Assembly: GCA_000934665.2 (NCBI GenBank)
Contig: JYFJ02001119.1
Location: 1 to 64,000, forward strand
Reading direction: 5' to 3'
DNA length: 64,000 nt
From: Catajapyx aquilonaris
Lineage: Eukaryota
The translations under genes and the position numbers were made by a program. Under the pieces are notes generated by a model that saw only the letters and a program-made list of their open reading frames with translations, had not been told where the DNA came from and made no database searches. This document shows positions 14,202 through 27,300 of the stretch, piece after piece. Within the stretch, counting starts at the first letter, position 1. Each line of letters starts with the position of its first letter.

Positions 14202-17200
14202 TCAATCTGCATTTAGTGTGAGGCAGACGCCCTGCAGGACCCAGTGGCTAATGTGGTCCTTTGTGAACAGGTCTGCTTCAAAGACCAGCCCAACTCCCAT
14301 GGCATTGCGCCTGAGTGATGTCGTGTAGACAGGTGTGCGCAGCGTGTTCTGAAACATGACAGCAGAATTTAGCGTTATTATTTCGTTAATGATCCACTCA
14401 CAATTATTTGTTCAACCTATGTAATGGACAAAGTGAAACAACGCAGTAGAAATTTTATTGTTAACTTAATGGGAGAATGTGCAAATGTTTCTACATGTAC
14501 CTGAAGTTTAAGTCTGTGTGACTCGATGGGAATAACCATGAGAATAGGCAGCTCCTCTACCAGCACTTTTGGTTTGGACCTGACCAGGCAGCAGAGCTCC
14601 CTGTCCCAGGAAGCCCCCTCCAAGTAGAGCCCAGACACGTAGCAGCCCTGCACAGGCTTCTCTTTGATCTGCTCCGCCCTCCTGATGCTTGTAACAGTCG
14701 TGTACAGTGTCGACTTGTCCAAAGGCCACCCATTCTTCCTGCAGGTTGCTTGGACCAGTGCTGTCAGGTAGCTCTCGGGTATGTGCAGGCCTGACAGCCA
14801 CATGACTGGTGGCTCCCCTTCATCGCACCAGCGCGTGTACTGCACGATTCGCCTCTGAAGGTGTGCCATCCACCCTCCAAGAGACTTCTTCGTGGCCGGT
14901 GCTAGCTTGCGCCAGGTGTCAGCCAGTTGACCATTGTACAAGGAGTATGCCACATTATCCAGCACAGCATCCATCCCAACCTCTCCAGCAATGGCCTTCC
15001 TCAGCAAGGACAAGGTGCGACTCATACGGATTAATAGGAGATTAAAGCGCTCCAGTTCTTGAAGAAGGACGACTGAGGTTGGGGTCAAGTTATTGCCAAA
15101 CTGCTTGCGAATCTGATCCAGATCGTAAGGTGCTGGAACTTTCGCCAGAATGTCCAGGGCTACTTTATCCATAAACTCCTCCCTGCTTATTCCAGCTCCA
15201 GAGGCACCTGTTTGTGGCTGGAGTTCTATCAGGTGACTCCACATCTCACGTGCAGCCTGCGTGTAGTACCTGCAATATTTCCTCGGAATTAGCAAGCAAC
15301 ATTGAACGTACAGGAATCATCTTACCCTATCTCAGCATTCGGATGCAACCCAAAAACCTCTGGCGTGTTGGCCAAGGGAAGAGACTCTATCACCCTAATG
15401 TACTCGGCTCTCTCTCCTTCAGGGGGTATGACATAGTCCACTTCTTCATCCTTGTAAAAGTGGAAAGGTTGGAATTCATCGAAAAGGAAATCCCCCATGT
15501 ACTCGTCCATGTACGTCCGCACCACTCGCCGGTCAAAGTCGTCGATGACTCTCCCGCCATACATGACCTCTCCAATGAGGTACTTGAGACTGCCCCACGG
15601 CATGCGAGGATCCTTGGCCTCATGAGCCTTCGAGAGGTAAGTGGACAGAATGATTATGCAGACGTTGAAGTCTGACTCATTGAAGTCATAGCAGATGTTC
15701 CATCCAATCTTGTCGTACTTGCGCCGCTCCTGGACCACAGCATGGAAGAAGGCCAGCACGTACACCAAGGGCTTAAATGCTGGATGCGGACATACATCAA
15801 GAGCGTTGGTTGGCATCTTAAAGTAGGTGTTGCGCAGGTTCAGTTTCAGGCCGTTCGGAGGCTCAGTCACCACTGAGTTGGGAAAACAAAATGACAATTA
15901 TTACAAACACTGCAATATTACAGAATCAGCTTAACTGGTGCACAAATAATTACACATGCCAAGCTACTTGCATCGCATTCCCAAATCCAAACCCATCTGA
16001 ACGCCGCCTTTCTCAGCCAAGATTACGTTTTATTCGCTACCTTTGTCTGCCTGGCATAGCGTACCTTTAAGTGACCTCTGCAAGATGCCCACGGGGAAGA
16101 CAGGAGTCGGGTCAGTGGTGAGCCACAGCCTGAAATCTGGGTGTGGCCTCTCAAGCACCTCCAGACGCTTCTCCACCTCAGACATGAACCGTACGAGCAA
16201 GTGGCAGTTCTGCAGCATGAGCCAGTGGCCTCGGCTGATGGCTGTGTCAAACAATGCCAAGGCAGCCTGCAATTAGATGTTCAATATATTAGCAGACGTT
16301 TGTTCTGATGTTGATTATTCAGGCTTAATTTCAGGAACAAAAACTGACCGGTTCCTGCCCTTGCCCCAGGGACAAGAACTTCATCCTGCTACTCCCAACA
16401 TCCACCCGGTCCGCCAGTTTCATCAGATCAGACGTTGGATCAGATCCAGGGCTCAAGATGAACACCACCGGGGTCAGTGGAGTACTCTGCTCAAATATTG
16501 CATCAAAGCTACGCAAAGAGTAGAAAAACAAATAAATCATCATCATCAAACTCAGGGCACAGGTGCAGGAAACAATAATCAAGGAAACAATAATAATATA
16601 TCTAGCATAACACTGATGCTTCCTGCCCTTAGAGTGTTAATTACATTGTTGGCATTGTTGAATAGTTGCCATTTTACCATATATGGCAGGTTCGGCCACT
16701 GTCACACTACACTGCCTTTCTTTTTTGTTTACTCTGGTTAACCTATTTACTCTCTCACCTAATGACGGGAGGGGTGACAAATTTCTCCCCCATGACAGCG
16801 GTGATGTATCCCGTGACAGCCCTGTATATGCGATCCACTCGGAAGCACCGAACCAGCATGAGCCGCTGGAACGGTCCCAAGTCTTCGTCATATTTCCCTG
16901 GGAACTTCATGGACTCGAGCTGATCGTGCTGGTACCACTTTTTCCACGACTGCTCATCTCCAGCTATGTCGTCAAGCAGGGTTCCAAATGGATCTGGGAA
17001 AGCAGTCGAGAGTAGCACCATGTCCTCCCAGCCCTGCTCTGGCACCCACTTGAAAGGGACCTTGCGGGCGGACTTCTCCACCGACACGTTGCCCTTGATG
17101 AAAAAGTCTAGCTCAGCCTGGGATACAACGGCCTCGCTCTGCTGGAGCTTTGCTGACATCTGGAAGTCGGTTAACAGACTGTAATATTATATCTGACACT

Positions 17201-20200
17201 AGCAATCCCAATAATAAATCTTTGACACCATTTTTGGCATACTGCTACTTGCATTTTTTAATTGCTATGTTTTATTGGAGACTGCCTCTCTTGTGCATCA
17301 AGAACAAAACTGAACGTAAAAGCTTCTCTCAGAGTTTACAATGTAATAAGGCACTTAAATGGACCTGTCACCGGAATAACATCTTACCTGGAATGAGTAC
17401 AGCAGCTTGTGCTTCTCAAATATCCCAGTGCAGCAATAGTCGTAAACATTCATGGTGAGGGTGTTGATGATGTTCTTGAGGCGCCTCTGGAGGATGGCGT
17501 TGGGCAGGGACTTCTTCAGAGAGAAGAGGAAGACCTCCAGGTACGATGACAAGGAATACTGGTACATGGAGTTGACCACAGCCATGTCCGACAGGGCGAA
17601 GAACAGGATGGCCCCTCTCTTGGCTGCCGGCCTGTATCCATCACGAAGGCGGTCAATGTCCAGGGCAGTAGCTGCCCCAAGAACCAACTTCTCGTTCACA
17701 TCTGTCGCCTTGGTCTTTGTCTCCTCCAGAGTTTCTATCAACTCTGCATTGTCCAACATGTTGCCCTCGCAAGTGGACAGCTCCCTGAAAATTGACACTC
17801 ATGTATAAAAGCACCAGCTGCACACACACAACACAAGAAAGAAACCGTAATATTTTCAACAGTTAAAGACAGATGATGTATTCATAAACGGCATGAATAC
17901 GTCAAGACCTACCTGAGCAATGCATCCTCAAGATCCTTCAGCAGCTTTTTGTTCTCGCTGGTTTCTCTAATGAGGCTTTCCCTCTGCTCTTCCAGGTCTG
18001 GTCTCTCATGTCCAACCACCACACTGAGCAGCTGGTCCTCCAGACCCTTCATGGTTACAGTGTAGTTGATGACAAGAGCCTTGGCAAACGCAGCAGGGCT
18101 GAAGCGTGGGTTGGACAGCTTGGTGTCCAGGTACATGCGAAAGGACGGGTCAAAGTCCACCTCCTTGTCCCCTAGCACCACGAACTCACGCCCTGATTCC
18201 GCTTTGATATTGCGCTCCAGGACATTATCAATCACGGGATCAATGTACTCGTCCACATCCTGGAAAAGCACTGGGAATCCGTACTTGATGGACAACTCCA
18301 GGTGCTTCAAGAAGTCCGAGTCACTGAATGTCAGAACTTTCAAATTAGCGTTTGCCTCCTTCTTCTTAATCCACTTCAGGGCCTGAGGAAGAACACCACT
18401 CATCATCATCGATATGGCTTGAAGCTATTGGCACTGCGCCAAATACATGCATGATATGTGCTTCACTTACCTGCTGCTGGGGATCAATGCAGAGTGGGAA
18501 TCTGGATGCTCTCATCGTGAGGATCCCGTTCTGGATGCTCAATTCGTCCGGTGGCAGCCCATCAGAATTCCACGAACTGACCTCCACATCGTCTGTCAGC
18601 AGGGTTTCCAGGAAGAAGGGCTGTGAGAGGGGAATCTCCAAGCGCTGGATGTTCTCCATCCACGTGCTAAACACCATCTCTTTTCTGAAGTCGTAGTTGA
18701 AAGGGCCGCAATAGCTCAGGAACCCTGAGCAGAGGAGAAGGTCTCCAACCAGCCATATCTGCTTCTGCTTGAGATCCTCCAAGTCCTTGGCCCACCGCTC
18801 ATTTTCTGAGCTGAGCCCACTGATCAACTTGTCCGCAGCAATTAATCTCCGCATCATGATTTCAGTTTCCTCCTGGATGCGCTGCTTCTCTATCATGGCT
18901 GCCTGATACTTCTCGGCCAGCTCGGCCAGCAGCTTCTCCGTGCGGTCCACCTCATCCATGATCTTCTTCAGGTCAGACTTGGCCTTGGAAAACTCCTTCT
19001 CCAACAAGGCCACCTTTTCCTTTTTGGGCTTTACTTCCTTGTACACCCCGTAGTAGCCCACCACTGCCTGCACAAACTTAAACAGACCTGCACCGGCATT
19101 GCTGATTTTCTTCATATCTTCGTATGTTGTCTTCCTTTCCTGAGGTCGCAGAATGAAGGAGAAATTAGCTTTTCATGTTGTGATCTCTTAATGTTCACTC
19201 CCATTCACAAATATCTATATTACTATAGCTTAGATCATCTCACATTCTTCGAATCTAACAGCAATACGACACTGGTGAGTTTTAATGAAACATCCATCAA
19301 TGTACTTGTGACACAGAAAGTCATTTCGAATAATATTCCTGCCGATTAATTCTCCAGGGTGGCTCTAAAATCAGGATACATCTAGGTAATTCGATTGAAT
19401 TGTTGGCTTCCAGTTGGTCCCATAAAGGTAAGTTAATCTGGCCTCAATTAAAGTTGAGAATTGGTGGCCACAAGTCTAATGGTGTAATACAGTGTAGCAA
19501 TATGAAAATAACCCAAAAAGCACTTTTTTGCATCTCATTATATTCAGTGTGGAAATTTGCATTTTCAAAACTGCCAAAAACGTACCGCTATGAGTCGCGC
19601 AATCTCCTTAATCTGCGGCTCCCTGAGTCCATCACAGTTGAGTTCCTGCAGCTGCCTAAGGAATGATGGGTCAGCCATCATTCCCTTGGCCCCCTTCCAG
19701 CTGGGATCCTTGTTGAAGAGGACAGCCACGCAGGAGCAGACCATCTGCACTAAGGGAGGGGGCGATGCAAAGGAGCGGATCTCAGTGATATCCGATTTGT
19801 CTAGTTCGGCGAGGGCATCCTTGGCCGCAGCCAGAGTTGGGAGGGCCTCAGCCAACACCTCTTCAGCCTCCTTCTTCTCTCTGGATATCACCTTGCTCTG
19901 AATTTCTATCTCTTTACCCTTCTGGATACCAGCAGCTTTCTTCTCCGAGGCTTCAGCAGTACCTATTTGTTTTGGTGGAAGAAAACATTATTATCAAGAA
20001 ATGCCTATAATTTTACAGTCAAATTATTTTTTAAATGCTTCCTTTGACTCACGTGAGGTGATCATTTCAAGAAGTTTGGCGCAGGACTTTGTCTTCTCGT
20101 TGACAACAATTTGCTGTTCGGCCAGCTTGATGTTGAGTTCATTCAACTGCACACTTGCCTCTGCGATCTTGTGCATTCCTTCAACCAGTCGTTGGCACTG

Positions 20201-23200
20201 GGACATAATGAAGGCATCCTTCTCTTCCAGAAGCTTCAGGTAGCACTTGATGAAGTCCAAGTAGTGCTTGGGTGACACGTAGGTTGCGCGACGAAGCTTC
20301 ACCTGGTACTCAACGCTGAATCGTCCAGCTGTCTCATGAACGTGGACTGCATGAGATACAATGTCCTCACGATAAGCCTCAGGAACCTTGGGATGCTGCA
20401 ACATAATGCCAAAGCTTAGTTTCATCTCCTTTCCTACTGTCATCCGTACGGCACTTAAATTATTAGCTAATGTCATCACAAGGCAGTCAACTAACCACTG
20501 CCAGAAAAACACTTGCGACTGCAAAGAGTGCTTGCAGAGGCCAAGGCTGGAACCAGTCTATGCTGGTGTTGTTGACAAGTCCTGGGAAATTACGGCAGCG
20601 GGTGCGGAGGGCATCACCTGCTGGAGACATGGCCAGAACCACGTGCAGATTGTTGGTGCACCTTTGGCAAAAGTAACCCCACACCTCCTCCCTAGAAAAA
20701 AAAGAAGAAAATAAGAGAATATATTGACACGGAGGCTGATCACTGACTTGTTGATGCCATATCCAGCCTTCTTGGCGTCATCTCTCATTGCATTTATGAG
20801 GCCTTCCTTCTCATCCTCAGCAAACAGTGCAGGGACCATCCCAGAAGTTAGCATGTTATTTATCAGCTCAAAAAAGCCTGCGAGAAATTGAAAGCGTCAG
20901 CAGTAAATGCAGGCTACCATATGAGCAGGGAGGGGGAGAAAAATATGTAGTTCACCTTCTTCTGCAACCTGGGCATCGGTGAAGAGGAACACAACAGACT
21001 TGTTCTCCTCTCCCAGCATACCGTAGAGGATCTTGAGGTCATCCCTAAAGGTGGTCTCATTGTAGCCACGGCTCAAGACAATCATAAACACTTCACACCC
21101 TGGGAAAGGCACCAAAATGTTCCGTCAAAGACTCTACAACTATCCTAAATGTGCTGAAGGAATGGTGGTCATCAAAAGTTTAAAAACCATTAACTGTAAA
21201 AAGAACTTGCCTGCGGCAAAGGATGCCAGCTTGGTGAGGCTCTGTTTGCCACTGCCTCCAACTCCCACAAGGAGGGCATGACCCTGGGTCATGCGAATCA
21301 CGCGGTGGATTCGGGTCAGGTGCTCTAGGGCGTCATCGAACAGTACTAGGTCAATCTTCGAGTGGTTCTCGTTGTACTCCTCAATTATCTGTGGGACGAC
21401 AAATGTTTCATTTAAATCACCTGAATGTGTGGGAATCAATCCCAAGATTCAAGAATCACCTCTTGAAGAAGTGACTTGGCTGCCTCATAATCCTGCAGGT
21501 CTTCATAAACTCTGGGAACAGACACATCAAGAGCTGTGGCATAGTCCCCAAAAAGCAGAGGTTCTCTGTCCACATATTCCATGAAATCGGCGTACTTCTC
21601 GGACATCAGCTTATGCATGAAACCATTCACAGTCTTCTTATCCTGCGTAACAAGAAAGCGATCAGCATAAGCTACCATTTCAAAACAGAGCAGACACTTT
21701 GAGCAACAAGATGCAAGTAATTTAGTGCCTTTCAATGACATGTTGCATCTTTGTGGGTGAAGCCGCCTTACACTTCCCCAGGTTCTCAGCTCTAACTACA
21801 ATATTTCAACAGCTCCAATTTCAAATCAGCCCTCTGCAAAAAGTGACGGTTGATAAAAAACTGCATCCAACCTGCTCATTGATTAGCCTGTCACACACAA
21901 CGCGTGTGCACTCGTTCCTCCAAACCCTGATGAATTGTTCCTGCTTCGAAAATCGATCGGGAGTGGTCAGGCACAGCCCAGCATAAATCCTGGAGAGGTC
22001 CCGGAGGTTGAATATGTAATGGAACTTGGATGGCGTGGGTGGCAAGTTCTTGATGAGCAACTTGTACAGCTCCATAGTTAACGTCGTCACATCCCCGACC
22101 ATGTCTTGAAGCTCCTGCTCAAACGGCTGCATGTGCCCAGCCAAGATCGACTCATAAATGTGGTACAGACTTAGCTCCTGAGGGAAGGTCATGTTGAACA
22201 CGGAGAAGAGGGAGACAAATCGCATGTCCACTTCGTTCCTGCCCCCTCCTGGCTTCCCCATGGCAGCCATGAAGCCAATGTCCTTGATAAGCTTCCAGTT
22301 GAGGTCCTTCCCACGGTCATACATTCCTCCTCGTTCCACCAGAAGTTTAAGGAGAGCTATAGGCTGCTGGGTGCCATACGTATCCACCTGCCCAATCAAG
22401 ATAAAATTAATGCAGTAGGTGAATTCACGCAATGTTTTATGATAGGTCAGGCAAATTAACGAAAATTCGAAGGTCTACCTGTGGCATGTTGAGGTCATCT
22501 ACAAAAATCAGCATGTTCTTCCCTGGGGGAGGGCCATACGAGTCCTTGGTTCTCTTTTCCACATTTGCTTCCAGGTAACGTTGGACGTCCATCGAGGTTG
22601 TACGAGACGAAAAGTTCATATTGACCATCAGCTGGTAAGATTTAAATTACAGTTACTTCAGTCAATCTCTTATTATTATTATGGTATTATCATTATCGTT
22701 ATAATCGATAATGAAATGCTCACAAAGGAGTCAGCATCAAGCTCACGAAGAAAAGCCTGCGCTGTGGCTGTCTTTGAGGTCCCCGTCTCACCAACCAGAA
22801 TAACAGGTCTCTTCACCTAAAAATATAAGCAAATACTCGTAGGTATTCATAAACAAGGTCTAGCTTAATAAAAGCCTGCAGCATTGTTTTGCACCTGACA
22901 AAATGGCTGCCAAAGGTTAGACGAAAACACTTCACTCACCTTGGCCATGACCCTGAGAAGCCATTTAGTCCTCTCCGTATCAACAGTTGGCACAAGGATC
23001 TGTGTGAATTTGAGGCTGTAGTTGTGCACATAGGTCGGGACAAGCCTGGCCCAGGAGAACCACCTCCCCTTGTCTCCATCCCAGAAGTACTCGTACAGCG
23101 GCCCATGCCCAACGGGAATCTCACCATACTTGGCCAACCTGTCGCCCTCCTCGGTCACCGTTGGCCAAAGAGCAATCCCTTTCACATATTCATCGAACTT

Positions 23201-24280
23201 GTCCCTTGAATCTTCAATCAGGGATGCTCCAACAGACCAATACAGGGCCTGGAGAAAGAAGCACTCCAGGTCCTGTTCGCGCTCTGTTGTCACCATTGAT
23301 TCCAGCATGTAGCAAAGCTGAGTCACCTGCAGAGAATACAATCACCCCCCCACATGTTACATCATGCCTAAACCATTCCGCTATGCACTTACCATGTTGA
23401 GATCTGTCTGTGGGATAATAGGCTTGAGCTTGATCTTAGTCTGCCCCTCAACAAGGCCTTCCAGCACCAAGTCAACTGCTGGGGGGACATACTTCTCAAA
23501 CAGGTCTGTCAGTTCCCGTGTCTCATCCTCCGATTGCCTTGTGTTAAGCCAGCGCGTCCAGTAGGGACGGTACCCCATGTTCTTGGGATCCACGAACACC
23601 ATTCCAGCTCTGGACACAGTGGCAGGAGAGGCATACATCAAGTCCCCTACCTCAAACAAGAGGGCACAGTGCTTCTGCAGCCGGATTCTCTCGCCGTTGG
23701 CTAAGGTCAGCAGGCGGTTGTCATCCATCACGGAATTCATGTTTTCCACCCAGAGGGCATCTACATCCCCATCAAACAAAATGTAGCGGCGTTCACTCTT
23801 GTCTGTTGGCTTGTTGATTTCACGAAAAATGTTGGACAGGAGGCCATCAGTCCAGTCACGAGTAGCTGGGTCGAGGATTCCATACAGCTCAATCACTGAG
23901 CAAGCCTTATTTTCAGGAGGGGAGAAAGGCAGGCAAAATTTTAGAGAAGCAAGATATCCTTACAAACGGGAAGGCGAAGTGGAGCGGCGGTAAGGTATGC
24001 GCCCATGGATGGAAGGGTCCCGGGTTCAATACCAAGCGCAGGCATTCCCCCCTTTCATCTCGTGCGGAGTTCGGGGTCATCTCCGGCTTTGTCTAGGGTT
24101 GGATTTCCAATAGACGAACCACCCGGGAGAGCTCACAAAATGACCATAGCAACGACATTGCACATCCCACCCCCCAGTCACCCAGCCCTCAGCGAAGGGC
24201 TCTTCGTTGTCAAATTAATGTACATCTTGGCAAATAAAGGTCCTTGTCAAAACCTGAGCTGAGGTACGGCACTATACCCA

Positions 24281-24342
<62 letters not shown>

Positions 24343-27300
24343 CATCATCATACAAAAGCAATCAGCAATCACTGGGAAAATTACAGGCAGAATTTTCTAA
24401 ATAGGTATGAGTGACATTAGCTTGTACATTATGCCTGTAACATCACATTCCCCTTTAAAAAGTCAATCCACAATATTACTTTCTCAACGTACTAGCATTT
24501 TTGATTAGCATTCAATTCGGCTTACAGAAAGTGAATCCTGCAGACAACAACTTCAGGATTTTCCGTATACCATCAACCTTAAAAAGTTTAGGAAAGCATT
24601 CGTCACCTTCGGATTCATGGGATAAATCCTGGTAGGTACTCCAAGCTTGGTCTGCGCCTTGGTCAGGGTCTGAATGACAACACTCTTTCCACCTCCAGTT
24701 GGCCCAACGACCATAGTGGTATGCCTCGTCATCATGGTCTCATACAACTGCACCACCTTGTCCGCCTGGTCCTCCAGAAGGAGGTACCCCTCCTCTGACA
24801 GAGCCTCCTCCACGGCTGCGTTGAAATCAGGATAACGCACCCGAGGACAACTCAGGCCAGGAAACAGGTCGGATATCAGGCCCAGGAACAATGGAACATC
24901 CTCAAACACAAACTTGGGAAGATTCATGTCCCTAAAAACAACAAAATCAAGAGACACTTTCGTACCTAATCCATTACGCTGCAACAAGGTGAATTATTTA
25001 TCAGTTAGCGATTCTCACGAAATACTAGACCAATCAAAAAATATCTGGATGGCTGGAGCCCCTCATAGAGTGGTGTAAGAGGGTAAGTGAAATGACGGAC
25101 GGATTATTGAACATATGGATTGCTAGATTACTGCACTTGAATGACTCATTGATTAACGCACCTGAGAGCTCTCATTAGCACAATGTCTTCTGGGAGGTCA
25201 GGAGCACCTCTCTTCAGCTCCCCTGCCATCACCAGCACAGATTTCAGCGCTCTCAGTCCAAAGTCATAGTGGAATTGCTTAGAGAGCTGTTCTCGAGCCA
25301 GTTTGTACAACACGGTCATCTTCTTGGCCAAAACCTATCATGACAAGGCATATTATTAGCTGCGCTCAAAAAATATTTTTTTTGTTTAAAGCATGACTTC
25401 ATGATAACAAACACACAAAACATATACTTTGATGATAAATCATGCACGTTTGTAACAGTTTCGCAAGTAAAGGCCGGCTTTTCTTCAGAAATGTCTCCTG
25501 TGAAACACAAGAATTTGCAGAACTGGCTTGTATTGCAGTGCACGCAAATCTCAAATTATTTCAGCATCAAGCATATTTAGCCCAAGTTTTTGACAATATT
25601 TTTTTTACCTTAGCCTGCAGAAATCCTTCCGAGAAGAGCATGATCAGGCAGATGAGTTCCAGATCTGGAATGATGCAGACTACGGGGCGGAAAAGAGCCT
25701 TGACAGACTCGGGAAGCTCCGTCCTTCCCGCATACCCTGGGTTCATGGTGATGAAGATGCCCACCTTGGCATCCATGGCAATCTCCTGGCCTTCAAACTA
25801 CATCATGAAACCAATTGGCCATTAACATGGGAGTAAAGATTCACCATAAACGGCATTCATGCAATACCCATGACACATGACGTTAAGTTGCTGAGCTAAC
25901 TCACTTGAAATCGCTTCAGCCTGTTGACAAGTGCATTGCGTATGGTCTGCAGCTGTGTAGATATTACAGACAACACGGAGATGTCAATCCGGTTAAACTC
26001 ATCGAAGCAGCCCCAGGCGCCACACTGGCACAGGCCAGACAGGATCTTCCCCACAGCCTTGTAGTCCATTCCTTCTCCGCAGTTGGTCACCATGCACAAA
26101 AGTCCCAAGGCCTTTGCCAAGTCTTTTGTTGTCTCAGTCTTCCCAGTGCCTGAAAAAAAAAAAAAAAGGTTCCCTTACACTGATTAGAAAAGCACAACGT
26201 GAAGAGTAATGCTGCCAGACTGTTACAAACTCCCATCAAAAAATAAGGAATAGGCCATTGGAAGATTTTCCATATTCACCATTAGCTCCACACCACAGAA
26301 ATGTGACTCTGTGTGAAGGTCAAGTTATATGGTGAGTGTATCAATAATTAAATTAAAGCACGTGCACATACCAGCAGGTCCGGCAGGAGCACCCCCAAGG
26401 CTCATGGAGAGCGCCTGTGTGATGGTGAGGTAGATCCTGTCGGTGAGTGGCGTGACAACAAGCCTCCCGTTCAGCCCCATGTACTCGTACCCGTAGTTGA
26501 AAGTGCCGGTGCACTGCTTCACCATGAGGTTATCCACCTCCTTGATCCAGTAGAAGCGCAGCTGGCTCTCCCACTCGAACTCTTGCTCATCCAGGATTGA
26601 ATCGCGCACAAACACTTCAATGATGTCTCGGGCATGGACATCAATAATGAGGACAGAGTTGAACTTCTTGCGGTCGTTGGACATCAGATTGGACCGAACA
26701 CGTACCACCAGCTCATCTAGCTGACGGTTCTGAGCATCCAGGTAGTCCTTCATGGCAGTTTTCTTGCCCTGAAAGTGAAGTCATGTCGCAAATATCTTTA
26801 GTGACTAGATGCTCATGACCATTCAAGCAATAATATGTCATGCAGCCATTACCACCCAAGCATCTTAATAATAAGCTTGATGTAATGGTAGTAAAAGATG
26901 CTACGGAAAGAAAGAAAAACTAATAAATTCTCACCAGCCTGACTTTCAAGAAGACATTCTCCACCTCAGCAGTCCACCACACCTGGTTGGCCGCCAGACA
27001 GATCATGCCCTGGTAATCCAACATCCACTCTGTCCTGGGACGCTTGACTTTCCCGTAGTCGTATATGGATTTCTTGGTGATGAAGCGATTTGTCCTCCAC
27101 ATCTCATGCATAGCCATTGTAAGCCAATCTTCCACCCTCCCTTTGGTGGTGGTTGGCTCCCTGAACTCCATTACCTCGTCCTCACCGGACAGCATTGCCC
27201 CAACCATTAGGTCACCAGTAGTGTTGTTCTGGAAGCGCAGCTTGGCCACATTGTCGAACATCTGCCAAATTCAGATCCAGCAATGTAATTTCTCACATTC

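Noticed and set aside
26781..26820. TGACTAGAT resembling the miR-279/996 5' end in a DNAH10 intron
   Set aside because: Only a short, weak hairpin forms, with the motif at the loop, and there is no match beyond the seed region.
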